A DNA stretch of 64,000 nt from Saccostrea cucullata. Taxonomy: Eukaryota. How positions within the stretch are numbered: the first letter of the stretch is position 1; every line of letters begins with the position of its first letter. The position numbers were made by a program, and so were the translations under genes. The DNA lies in NCBI RefSeq assembly GCF_032062105.1, contig NW_026920486.1, positions 1-64,000 of the forward strand. Reading direction: 5' to 3'. Under the pieces are notes generated by a model. That model saw only the letters and a program-made list of their open reading frames with translations, was not told where the DNA came from and did not search any database. Of this stretch, positions 24,370-36,958 are shown in pieces.

Positions 24370-24402
<33 letters not shown>
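23655..24402 (+). mobile_element. Complete HINE/Helentron-type non-autonomous element with two ~170-bp satellite-like units
   Basis: 5' TAGCTCACCTGAG..CTCAAGTGAGC; (GTCC/GTCT)n microsatellite; tandem units ~23935-24280; 3' subTIR CTCAGGTGAGC, palindrome GGCCCATGGGCC and T-rich flank. Confidence 0.9.
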
Positions 24403-24407
<5 letters not shown>

Positions 24408-24818
24408 GTCCTGATTGGAGCAGCCAGACAATTTTTAAAAATAAACAAACAATGGATAATCATAATAATACATGTATTAAAACATCCCAAGATAGACGAT
24501 AATTTCTGTAAATCATGACACCCCCCCCCCCCCTCTTTCGCAGAATAGATGGACCATAACAGGGAATCATAGTTATACAAAGAATTGAACGGAATGTATC
24601 GAAAAAAAATCTTACGAACAATAAAGCCATTATGCGTCATATTAATTCATATGAATCCTTAGGAAGTTAGTCCAAATCATACCCTCCCTCCAAAAAAGCT
24701 GATGTGAACCATGCAAAATAGTCAGTTTACATATGCATGTATTTTCGAATTCATGAGTGACTGTTCGGTAACTGTAACATTAATCAAGCACCATTTTCAA
24801 GTAAAATATTACTGAATG

Positions 24819-25983
24819 AAAGAACTTTATTCGGTAATAACCAATATTTGTCCCCCCCCCCCCCCCAATCAAACTTTGACGGAGAAATATTAACTATGCT
24901 TTAAAACGGGGGGATGTGTGCTGACTTCAAAGCACTGAATATTTTCATAAGCAATGACGTCATATGTTTGAAATGACGTCACGAAAATGATGTATATTTA
25001 AAATATCAGTGATTTCTACAGAAAAATGTATATATTACGTCGATATTTTGAGTAAAATTCACCGAGCGCAGGTCTGATCAGGCTCAATATTTTGATATAA
25101 TGTGTAGAATGATAATATCAATTAAATATGTAAATATTGTTCCTGAGCAAACTTGCGCTCTATAAGTTTTAAAGGCTAAAATTGTTGAAAGAACTATATG
25201 CGGTATATTGCATATATTTGCCCCCACAAAAGTCAAATTTTGAAAACTTCCTGAAATGTGATGAACTCAATAAATTGTATGAGAAATATAAATTAACAGA
25301 AAATATAATAGTTTCTAAGAAGTGTATTCACAATTTTTTGTCTTTATGACGTCACAAACTAGTCCGATTTTATATCTTTTTTCAGAAAGAGGACAAATTG
25401 GACAAAATTTCAACAATTTTAGCTTTAAAATTTATAGAGCGCAAGTTTGTTCAGGAACAATATTGACATATTTCATTGATATTATCATTCTACACAATTC
25501 ATTATATCAAAATATTGATCCTGAACACACATGCGCTCGGTGATTTTTACTCAAAATATCGACGAAATATGTACATTTTTCTGTAAAATTCATAGAAAAC
25601 TGAAATTACGTCATGTTTGTGACGTCATTACGTACATATGACGTCATTACTTATGAAAATATTCAGTTCGTTGAAGTCAGCATATACTCCCCTGTTTAAG
25701 AACTTAATTAAATATATCTCCATCAAAGTTTGATTTGGGGGGCAAATATTGGTTATTACCGAATAAAGTTCTTTTGTCCATTTTGTCCTCTTTCTAAAAA
25801 ATGATATAAAATCGGACTAGTTTGTGACGTCATAAAAACAAAAATTGTCAAAAAACTACTTTGAAACTATAATATGTTTTGGTAATTCATATTTCTTATA
25901 CAATTTATAGCACATTCCAAGAATTTTTCAAAATTCGATTTTTGTAGGGGCAAAGATATGCAGTATACCGCATATAGTTCTTT
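24819..25983. mobile_element. Two copies of one ~580-bp MITE, one nested inverted inside the other (A-B-A'-B')
   Basis: 24819-25188 is the reverse complement of ~25408-25772, and 25189-25407 of ~25773-25983; termini AAGAACT..AGTTCTT(TAA). Confidence 0.85.
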
Positions 25984-26769
25984 AAAATACATGTTTATAA
26001 TTGACATCAATTGAAATAAATTAAAATATATCTCAAATTACTTTTTTTCACCTTTATTAAAATAAAAATTCACTGCATTGTGTTTTCTGTGTAGGGATTA
26101 CAATGTAATTACACTAAGAATATATGGACAGTGTACCATATATATCAGCCATCAGTGCATTTTCACCAATTTGTGAATGCAGCATATGCACCGTTTTTCA
26201 CGGCCTATACCGATGAGAATTTGTCAAATGCATACCATCGGAAAATTTGTGTTACAGTGTAGTATCAGCGAAAACCGAACGGTACTGTATTGAAAATAAA
26301 TTATATTTTAGATTAATTGATAAATTCAATTATTCATTAATTTTTGTGAATATGAATAAAAATATTTTTTCGCTTTGTATGCAAGAGGAAAAAAAATTAC
26401 CATTTTTTATGAATATCATTTTAATTCCCGATTTTCGAATTCTCCTAAATAGAAAGTGTGGTATATGAAGTTGAAAACGATTAGATAAAGGATAGATAGC
26501 AAAGGACAACCTCTCCGTTTTCGCGTCGCATTTGATATTGGGTGTATTCTGGTATTTGCGATGAAAAGATTTCTGTTTGAGATAATTAAATTAATTTACG
26601 ACAATTTATTTATTTATTTATTTTAACACACATTCCCCAAACTACAATAATTCGATTACCATGACACCTGTATGCCACTTCCAGTGCAGCCTTGGCGCTC
26701 CGCAACTGAAGCGTTTGTGTCATTTGAGACGCATATATGCTCTTATCCAAACGAGAAATTGACAACTCG

Positions 26770-26860
26770 AACCCCGCCCAATCAGCGCCCTCCTTTTATC
26801 ACGTGATCAAAGATGGACAGAGAGATGTGGAAATTTGCATTATATTATCTTATAACAAAC
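26770..26860 (+). promoter_or_regulatory. FoxL2 proximal promoter
   Basis: GC box CCCCGCCC (26772-26779) overlapping CCAAT (26778-26782); E-box TCACGTGA (26799-26806); TATA-like sequence at ~26841-26855. Confidence 0.55.
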
Positions 26861-26898
26861 ATATGCTTCATTAGTCAAAGATATTTATGATTCCCAAA

Positions 26899-29800
26899 AT
26901 GTCGGAGACGAGAAATGAAAATTTTACGAATTCTGCTTCAGATGATAATTTGTATGACTTTAAAATGAGGTTGATGCGACCACCACCAAAATTTCTGGAT
27001 ACGGGATTTAGTGAAAGTTCTTTTGAAAACAAAATATTAAAACATTCCTTTTTGCCAAGCGAATTTTCATCAAATTGTAAATTTGGATCAAAAGTTTCAT
27101 TTGGAATTGCAGCAAGGCTTGAGAACACTTCGAACAACAAAGAAAGTAAAAATGAAGAAACCGAAGAAAAATCTTTCGTGGAAACTAAGAAAATCAAATC
27201 GGAGAAACTTGAGGAAATCTCGAAGCCTTCAAACGGAAAAATAAAAACTGAAGATGAAAACAAATTCACCGACCCTGATCAGAAGCCACCTTTTTCGTAT
27301 GTGGCTTTGATAGCCATGGCCATAAAAGAATCGACTGAGAAACGCCTTACTCTTAGTGGAATTTACCAATTTATCATCAGCAAATTTCCGTATTACGAGA
27401 AAAACAAAAAAGGATGGCAGAACAGTATTCGTCACAACTTAAGCTTAAATGAATGTTTTGTGAAAGTTCCCCGAGAGGGTGGCGGGGAGAGGAAGGGAAA
27501 TTTTTGGACTCTGGATCCAGCATTTGAAGACATGTTTGAGAAAGGAAATTATCGCCGACGTCGGAGAATGAGGCGTCCGTACCGTGCTGCATTATCCCTC
27601 CCAAAGCCATTTTTTGCCCCAGAAACTCACTGTGGACCGTACAATCAATTTTCCCTGACCAAACCTTATTTCTCACCCCCTCCTTACTCTCAGTATTCCC
27701 AGTACCCAGGCTGGGCTCAAGCTCTGGCTCACAATTCTTCACAGGGAATGGCAAGTGCCATGAATCAAATCAACAATTACAGTTCTTGTACCCAGGGACG
27801 GGTACCTCCTCCGGGCGCCTCCATTGCACCGTGTAGCTACAACGCCATGCAACAGGCCATGCAGATATCCCCACCACACGCTCCCACGTACACACAGCTG
27901 AATGACTACCCAGCAGTCCCCACCCCCGGGACGGGGTTCCCCTTTACCTACAGACAACAGAGCGACACATTGAATCATATGCATTACACGTATTGGAGCG
28001 ACAGGTATTTTATGTTAATGTTTTAAATTTTAAAATTGGACGCACTGTCTAAAAGAAGTCATTTTTCATAATATGGGCATAACTTTAATGTATTGAAATC
28101 TCAGGCACTTGTTTCGGAGATAAATTTTTAACCCATAGTAGTGTTATTATTATACCATGGGTTAAAAATGTATATCCGAAACATGTGCCTATGATTGAAG
28201 AAAGAGCATCGATATGCTACATCTATTACTTTGTTTATAAGCATCCCCATATTATACAAACTTAAATACATGTTTTGTATAAATATTTATGTAGTTATGT
28301 TGATATTTAAATTATTGGTGTCCTTCATTTTGTTTTTTGAAAACAAAAAATAATAGTTAGTTGCTTTAAACAAAATAAAATCAGAAAGCGGGAAAAAATA
28401 TTTGCATATACAACGGTTATTATTTGGATAATAAAAATGACGTTTCACAAGAATGATAATACAATTTTAAAGGAATTAAATCTTAGAGCTTATCAGTAAA
28501 ATAAGAAACAGTTTCAGATGTTTTCAAAACCCTGTTGCAATTTTTTTTTAAGCATGAAACATCTTTATCGAGATCTTTAGATCAAAATTTTCTTTTATAT
28601 TTTTGAAGATTTCGATTTTTTTTTTCTATTTTGGTTTGATAGCATCATTTATTTTTTCATCTATAAGCATGAAAATAATTTTTTGCAAGATATTTTAATT
28701 ATTCTTAAAACTAGAAAATGATATCGAAATAACGTAAAATATGTTTATTGCGATTTAACTATAGTATTAGATAAACAAAGGTTGATATAAAATATAATTC
28801 GATCCGCATTTTTGCGACAAAAATATTCCTTAAAAAATGCGCAGTGTATGAAAAAATACTTCCGATGGAGCCTTACTATCATGTCAATTTCAAGAAAACA
28901 ATTTTTCTGTAAATATTATTCCGATAGTTTTATCATCCTAGTAAGTGGACAGTGGTATAATTTATTACAAAAAAAAATCAGATATTTTTTTTAAAAATTA
29001 CCATAAAGTCTTCTATTTCATGTAGAGGAGATAATTTGCCGCGTGTTTAGTAATTAGTGCGCTATCTGATCGTACATGATCGTACGTGCTCCCCTCCCAC
29101 TGATATAACAATAAGCTACAAGATTCCTCTCCGGTCCCGGGGGATTCCCCCTCGTCAATCAAGAGAGGCGCGGGTAAGCGCGTGCAGGTTTTTGTTTATC
29201 CATATTGGCCAACTGTTTATTTTGCATCTGTTTTTGTGGATAATCTCCACGAATATGAAACCTACACGGTTGTAAGTTACATTCAGTAGATGTTTGTCGT
29301 ATGTTTCTGTTGCTTGAGACAGGACAAGGAAAATAAACCTGTTCAGTGTTATACACTACACACTATTTGGAAGTGTTGTATCCAATATTGCTTTGGCTTG
29401 CTATAAAATGTTTGGATATACAAGGTATAATTGATAATACTAAATAATAATGAAAAACGAAAAAAAAATAATGAAGAAAATCTGCCGAACTATATGAAAA
29501 TGAAAGAAAAATTAGGTATCGACTACGTTCCGGATTTCCTTTAAAACATTTCTTTCTGGATGCAAAGTTCAATCTTTACCTCAAAAGATCTTTGGAATCT
29601 GGCCCCGGGATCATGAAGCATTTAGGTCAAATTTTTTTCTGTTGTACTAAAATATTGTGGAAGGCAAACAGGCCAAAATTAAACTGTTTCTCAATATTGT
29701 TTTTCAAAAGTGTTGTTATTTGCAAATCTAGAGATTTATTGAATAAATAATAAATATTTTACAGAAGATTGAAATTTTGACTTAATTCGAAGTTTGTTTC

Positions 29801-30675
29801 ATGATCCCAGGGCCTGATGAAAATGTTAAGTGGTTTTTTTTTTCAGACAGACAGACACACTGAATACGTAAATAGAGATAAATTCAGATTCTCTGACGTA
29901 ACATTAAATAAACAAATAAAAGAATAAATGAATAAAATTTATAAATGATAAAATATAAAATAAATTTTAAAAAGTGAATACTAGTAACTGAAAATTCGTA
30001 ATAGAACAAATATAAAAACATTACACTTAATTACATTTATTATGCATATTGACAGTTGAATTTAATGTATAAATGATACCGGTATTTATAATCGTTTCAG
30101 AAAAAAGAATAATCACTTTATTACATGTGCATATATATTGACTTTTTTCTCTTTTTTAAAAAAATTCAATTTTGTTTTTATATTTTTATTTTAATATATA
30201 TATGAATTCTCAAAATGTATTTCTTTTGTTAATTTTTTCGTTCGCTTTTTTTTCGATATGAATAGAAAATGTCCAGATGGGACCTCCTATTCAATATTCA
30301 ATTCAATTCATTTATTATTACTATTACACGTTTACTCAAGTTAATATATTTATATATTAAGGAAGATTTTTTTTTATAAGATTGTCTCGAATACATAGTT
30401 TAAAATATTTGTCCTTTATCAATCTATAACAGAATTATTTTCTCCTGAAAGCTGTCATGTACATGTATGTACATAGACATTTATATTTACCTCGTAGTTT
30501 CAACAAATAAAAAATAAAAAAAAAAAGACAGAAAAAAAGAAGAAAAAGATCAAATCAGTTTCTAGTTAAAAAAAAAAGTTCAAGTGACTGATTAAACAGT
30601 CTAATAACAAACAAACTTGCAAATCAAATTAGTTGTTAAATATCTGTCAAAATTTATTTTTTATTTTTCAGATAA
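26899..30675 (+). CDS. FOXL2: Forkhead box protein L2
   Basis: Forkhead domain [17 protein letters not shown]...[58 protein letters not shown] is diagnostic of FoxL2. Exon 1 runs from 26899 (or ATG 26887) to 28004 with donor AG|GTATTT; acceptor TTTTTCAG|ATAA at 30672 completes ...YWSDR*. The unspliced ORF would end at 28026. Confidence 0.95.
28103..28190. mobile_element. ~90-110-bp fold-back mini-MITE (second copy at 36850-36958)
   Basis: AGGCACTTGTTTCGGA..TTAACCCAT / ATGGGTTAA..TCCGAAACATGTGCCT. Confidence 0.75.
29035..29280. promoter_or_regulatory. CpG-rich intronic block with clustered TF motifs (candidate enhancer or antisense promoter)
   Basis: GGGGGATTCCCCC (29139-29151), TGTTTAT twice (29193, 29214), AACAAT (29107), reverse CCAAT (29204). 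Confidence 0.4.
29601..29814. mobile_element. MITE (PIF/Harbinger-like ends)
   Basis: GGCCCCGGGATCATGAA ... TTCATGATCCCAGGGCC. Confidence 0.7.
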
Positions 30676-32309
30676 ATGAAGGATATATCTCAGGAGAAGC
30701 AGTGTGCAGATCTCTGTATAAAATCTGGATCGTGAGGGTGTCATTCTGAACTGTTATTACAGAAAAACCATTTACATGTATCATTGTGCCATTCATAATT
30801 TATTCTGTTCATCTTTATCAATAATTTATTTGCAAAGAAATACCCCTATTGTGATAAATATGTATCTACAAATACAGTGTTGCAATTCTCTTTCACTTGG
30901 ACAAAAATTCCACTTGAACCCAAGACCATTGAAATCAGAATTTTGTTTTCATAATTTAACAGCCTCCGGAGAAACAAACAAACGTGAAGTCCCATGCATG
31001 CTGGGAAGGAAATGCATGATTACAGAGACATATGCTTAATTCTCTCCAGCTGATACAAACCCACACTTAGAAATTTCTTTTTATCTCAAATTTCATTTGA
31101 ACAAAAAACAATTTTTATATCCTGTCTTAAATCTAGATTTTTAAAATTATTTTTTATATGATTTTTTAAAAGAAACAGATTAAATATTTCATTTATGAGA
31201 TGGAAACTCCAAAAATTTGGGGGGGGGGGTATAATCAACTTAAAATTCTTCTTATTGTTTAAAGGGTTCTTCGCTTTCATTGTTTGTACACAGTGTATAT
31301 TTAAAATTAAATAAAAATAAATTTCCAATGATTCAGAATTTCTGTGTTGTGGATAAGGTTAAGTGAACTTGTATTCCGGAACCTTACCTTGCGAAGAAAA
31401 TAATTAAGTTGATATTTACAATTTATAGAAAAAAATACTTTCAATTAATCAGGAAGCTTCATTAATCGGACAATTAACGTCCGGATGGAGAGGTTCGACT
31501 GTATTTTCCATATTGGAACATTTTAAATATTTTGTCGAGACTATCAAGCAAATATTTTGGAAGCAAATATATTTTAAACCCGACGATCGTATCACTGCAA
31601 TTACGCAAGCATTTAAATGAGCGAAAGAAGCTGAAAGCTGAAAAATCTTCACTGTATAGTAACAAAAAGGTTTTAGACAATTTTGTGACAATGCAAAATG
31701 GGGATTACAACAACGACCTTTCTTACGGAAAATCGCTTAAATATTACACAGTCTGTGTGACCACTATTTATTTACACATAGACTTTTTCTTTTATTGGCT
31801 CTTTCTTCATATACTCGTACAATGTTATAAATAAAATGCATGCAACAAATTTAACTATAGACAATAACATTTATCTGCATCTTACAAGACAAGGTTTCTG
31901 ATTCATAGATCATTAAAAATTGTTTGTGAAGCTTACTATCTGCATAAATTTACACACAGACTTATATTTATGTATTTAGGAAAAACTGACATGATGTCTG
32001 CGTAATTTTTAAAAAACAAAATGAATAAAATTATTTTTTTTATTTTTTTTTTTAACAAAAAAGAGAATATTTCGGTATAGCCTTTCACATACATGTATTC
32101 AGAATAAGAGATGAGAGGTTAAATTCCCCATAAGTAAAATAATTAATTTCTGGCACCATCCTCTTAAATACAAGTGCACATTAATTTTAAAAAAAAGTGT
32201 TTTAAAGAAGCCAAAGAATCCGAGGAATGTTGTTTGGAAGAATTAGGAATGGAGCTAATGTTAGTAATTTATGCAAACTAATATAATTATTTTGGGTGAA
32301 AGTGTTTTC

Positions 32310-32950
32310 AGATATGTTAAAGGTACCCTAGATCTTCAAGGTCAAGAAATAAAAAAATAACATTAATGGTACCCAAAGAAAGGTTTTGTCCCAGTAAATA
32401 CAATTGTGACATATAAAGCCCAATTGCAACCACTCAGAAAATATTGATACGATATACCCCAAAAATCAAGATCTTAATATCAAAGACGTTGGTAAGCTTT
32501 TCTCGAAAAAAAATACACATATGACATTGGAAATTCCTAGCACCCCGGAATAACTCTTCAAAAGTTATAATTATAGCAAAGGTTTTAGTTTTTATGCCCA
32601 TGATATCAAGGATTCGGGGTATATAGTTTTTGTCCTGTCTGTCTGTTTATCTGTTTGTCCGCAAAAACTTTAACATTGGCGAAAACTTTTGACTGCATGG
32701 TTCAAACTATGGCTTTAACTAATTTTAACCTTGGCCTTAATGTTTGAACAGTTTGTGCTAAGGTTTTCAAACTTCGTTTGTGAAACACTGATGCCACGTA
32801 TGGCAGATTGCGAGGATTGAAGTTTTTCAAATGCAAGTCAAATCCAAGGTCAAGGTCAAAATTGTTGGCATCCAGAGAAATGTCTTATCACAAGAATTAC
32901 ACTTGTGAAAAATGAAAGCCCTTGTACAAACTGATCAAAAGTTTTGGCCT

Positions 32951-32981
<31 letters not shown>

Positions 32982-33650
32982 ATAAGGGCAAGGTCAAAAT
33001 GTCCAGAACTTTTAAACCCATTGAAAGGTATTGTCAAAATAAATATACACGTGAATAGCACCAACTGTTCAAAAGTTATGGCAAAGGTTAAAGTTTGATA
33101 TTTTTTGTATAGGTCGGTCAAACTCCAAGGTCAAAGATAAGAGGTCAAAGTTTGTGGTACCCGCAGAAAGGCTTTGTCAAAAGGAATACACCAATGAAAT
33201 ATGAAAGTCATAGCCACACCCATTCAAAATTTATAGCAAGGTTAAAGATTTTGTGGACAAATAGACAGACAGACAGACAGAAAACTAGATAGACAGACGG
33301 ACAGACAGGACAAAAACTATATACTCCTGAATCTTCTATTACGGGTGCATAAAGAACTTTAACTTTGGGCATTTCACATTGTATTTCATGTGATAAGACC
33401 TTCCTTTGGATATCAACAATTTTGACCTTGGAGACTGACCTACTTTAACCTTGGCCATACATTCTGAGATGTTTTGCTTGGGCTTTCACATTTCACATGT
33501 GTAGACCCACATTTAAAAACTTTTACCTTGACCTTGATGGTTAGTGCATTGGCTTTCACATTTCACAGATTTCCTCATGGCCTTGAACTTTGAGTTGATC
33601 TTTATTTAAAAAAAAAAAAAGATTTGTTTGTGAAACATCAGCAGCATCAT
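32310..33650. repeat. Cluster of nested, degenerate HINE-type elements with ~160-bp units in both orientations
   Basis: Recurrent CAAGGTCAAGGTCAAA and AAAAGTTAT..CAAAGGTTAAAGTTT units, GACA/GTCT microsatellites, heads at ~32592 (+) and ~33352 (-). Confidence 0.65.
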
Positions 33651-34401
33651 TTTCATCAAAGACATATTAATTGAGAGGACAAATTATTTCTTAAAGTTAC
33701 ATTTTTTATCACTTTGGAGTTTGACCTGCATTTGAGAAATTCAACCAAAAGCTATCATACTGAAATTTAGAGCATACATGAAATGTTCCTTGTTTCTGCT
33801 AGGAATAACTTATGCATGCAATGGCCCCCTCCCTCGCAAGAAGCTAAACACCTGTTATTTGTCAAAAATGGAACCCCAACCCCCGATGATATTATCAATC
33901 TTGACTTAAACACAAGTGTTGCAATGCATTTTATTTCCATTGCCTTATTTTAAACTTTTTACATTGTATAGTAATACTTTGTGCCCTTGATTGCTAGATG
34001 ATTGTATCTTGTTTAACGTCTCTCTCGGTTGAGAATTATTCTCTCGTATGGTGACATTGCCATTACTGGTAAAGTTCCTGTCGCGAGGGGATGCTCCGCC
34101 TAGCGGTGCTCTTGTTTTTGAATCGTTATACAATCAGTACGTGTGTGGCATGACTTAATTGTTAAATGAAATATCTGTCATAAATATTCAAAATTAAATC
34201 ATACCTATACCCACTTTCCTTCTATAAAATGTTTATGATATATACATTTTTTTCCTGTTATTTTAAAATTCCTATATATTGGATCAACCCTTTATTGATT
34301 TCCTTCTTCCCATGCTGTTTTTAAAGTCTATGTTTACAATTTATCAATTATCATCTCAAAATGTACTTAATTATTTCGTTCGGAAATCAACATCTATGGA
34401 T

Positions 34402-34676
34402 CCATGTTCAGAACCGAAAAACCATCTAAAATATCAATAAGTGACACAGACAAGACGATATACCAGACAAACATCAGTTCCTATTTAATCACAGAAAGAG
34501 ATAATTTTCGAAAGCCATTATTACATTTCTATCTATTCATGTTCATGATGTTCAAAACCGCAAAACCATCGAAAATATGAATAAGTGACACACACAAGAA
34601 GATATATCATGCAGACAGACATCAGTTTCGATTCAGTCAGGAAAGAGCTAATCTTCGAAATCCATTATTATATTTT
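34402..34676 (+). repeat. Diverged ~145-bp tandem duplication
   Basis: ATGTTCA.AACCG.AAAACCATC.AAAATAT.AATAAGTGACACA ... TTCGAAA.CCATTATTA twice. Confidence 0.8.
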
Positions 34677-35463
34677 GAAACCCTAGCTGGTTCCCGTACC
34701 AATATTTAAGTGATCACCAACGATAAGAGTAAACAACCCCCCTCTCGTCTAGCGCCATCACCAGATCCCTTAATTACTCGGGAACAACGTTAATCTACTT
34801 TTATCCTCATGCCCTCTTGCAGATGAACAGTCAGGGGAAAAGTTTTGACACACGCATCCATGCAGAGTAAACATTTTGACAAATATTGGCTCACCTCAAA
34901 GAATTTTTTCCAAACTTTTTTGTGGCCAAAATGCAACTGGCGCGCGGGCTTTCACTCAACGTTGTATCGGAATGCTTATTTTTCCAGCGAATGTCATATA
35001 AAAAGTTAATTTTGTAACAACAACAAATAATCCTAATGGTGTTTTTAGTGTTTAACTGAATCTAAATGCCATGATGCCTCAAGTAATGGAACGGAAATTA
35101 TCCATTTGAAAAAAAATCTTATGGAAAACGCATAGAACTACGTGTACTAGTATATTAATATCAAGAATTGTTATTAATAAAATTGATTAAAAATTGGATT
35201 TTTAAAAAAGATTATATTAAGCATATTTCCTCTTTCACTCTCCTTTTTAACTCACAATAATTAATTTAATTATTTTAATATTTTACATATGTACATTGAT
35301 GTTGATAGTTTTGCTTTTATTTTTTTTTTATTTATCAATTCATAATTATATACCGGTATTTATTTATAAATTTATTTATTTCAAAGATAAATATTTTAAT
35401 TCTTATTCATATTTGCATAGATTTATACTTCCTTTTTTCTACCATTCATATTGTTCATCATCA

Positions 35464-35900
35464 TAAGGAATCAATTTGGGAAACATGGGATAATTTGCAT
35501 AACGGGCGAAGCCCGTTATTTATTTCAAAGATAAATATTTTAATTCTTATTTCTAACTAGACAGTGATTCCTTATATTCTCATTTCATTGTGAAATAAAA
35601 TGGTAGCTTTAGACTTTAAAAATGTAGACATAGAATTAAATTACACGAGGACTTCCATGTCAATTTCAATAGTCCTCGCCCAAACAACTAGGCAGCCGCA
35701 CGAGATTTACATGCCCATTTTGCCTCCTTAGCATCAGACACAGAGACAGATGCGCACGAGATTTACATGCATTTTAGGCCTCCTTAGCTCCTGACCTAAC
35801 GACCTGCCTAATTTACATTCCGGCAGAATTATCAAGAAATAAACTCCGACAACTTTCAAAGAGTTATCGCAGAGAAAAAAAATTAGAAATGGAAATATTT
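35464..35900 (+). mobile_element. Second copy of the hairpin-bearing element at 9467-10404
   Basis: ATAACGGGCGAAGCCCGTTAT stem-loop; body colinear with 9616-9680 plus 10133-10404. Confidence 0.75.
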
Positions 35901-36732
35901 TGGAATTAATCTTCTTTAGCATATTTGTCAAAAATAAAATGCATAGAATATATAAAACTCTATAATCAGGGTATTGAAAAATATTTCTTTACACATGAAA
36001 ATACTTTGTTACCAGAAATATGATACGGCTTTGATAGGTCTAATAAATCTGAAAAATAATAACAAATAAATGTACTAGTCTAGTATTTTTTGGAATGCAG
36101 AATGGAAAAGCGATATTTAGGGTATATGACTTCAAATGAGCAATCCTCTACAAGGTTCTAGAGGGTCCTGACTCTAAGTAACAGTCCTATGCACGACTAC
36201 GTCTCCTTATGTTGTAAGGATGATTTTAGACTTTATGTGGAGGCGGGGGGGGGGATAAGTTAGCAATATGAAAATTATAATACATTTACATAAGTTTCAG
36301 AGATCATCAAATTCAAATGTACATGTATTTCATAACAATGAAGGGTTAATAAATTATGTGGAAGTACTCGCTGACATATTTCTAATAAAAATTGAGACTG
36401 ATTTCTTCTTAGAGTGCAGTTAACATAATTATTACCTTTTTAAATAAAATACACAAATTCAGGTCACTGTGAAAAGACTTTCAGGGGGCGAGACTATCTC
36501 AGCTAACATATCGGTGTCGTGTGTATTTATTTAGCTTGAAAAGTCCTACCCTTATATCAATATTGAACTCATTACCAATATTTGATTTTTTTAAAAGGAC
36601 TTCGGGTACAAAAAGCATACTTTATTTTTTACCGTTTAAAAACTGTAACACCATTTTATACAGCTCTCCATAACACAGCTCAAACTCTCACTAGATAAAT
36701 AAATGCAGTGTAGCATTTTAATTTCAGATATT

Positions 36733-36812
36733 TTTTTTGTTTGTTTGTTGTTTGTGAGGGTGTGTGTGTGTGTTTGTTTGTTCGTTTGTTGTTATTTTTT
36801 TTTTTTAGTATG

Positions 36813-36843
<31 letters not shown>
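36733..36843 (+). repeat. Compound GTTT/GT/TTTTG microsatellite
   Basis: Directly visible simple repeats. Confidence 0.85.
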
Positions 36844-36849
36844 GGCTAC

Positions 36850-36958
36850 TGTAGTCACAGGTACTTGTTTCGGAAATAAATTTAACCCATAATATAATAG
36901 TCTTATTATTAGTACTACGGGTAAAATTTATTTTCGAAACAAGTGCCTGTGACTGTAG
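36850..36958. mobile_element. Fold-back mini-MITE (same family as 28103-28190)
   Basis: AGTCACAGGTACTTGTTTCGGAAATAAATTT / AAATTTATTTTCGAAACAAGTGCCTGTGACT. Confidence 0.8.

Noticed and set aside
30776-31834. Short ORFs after the FoxL2 stop
   Set aside because: They lie in the probable FoxL2 3'UTR (AATAAA ~31829) and have low-complexity AT-rich translations
35464-35575. Invertible (flip-flop) segment, because CTGTCTAGTTAG is on opposite arms in the two hairpin copies
   Set aside because: Loop orientation is the same in both copies; differential loss from a fully palindromic consensus is simpler, and the 35519-35550 duplication suggests local rearrangement or assembly noise
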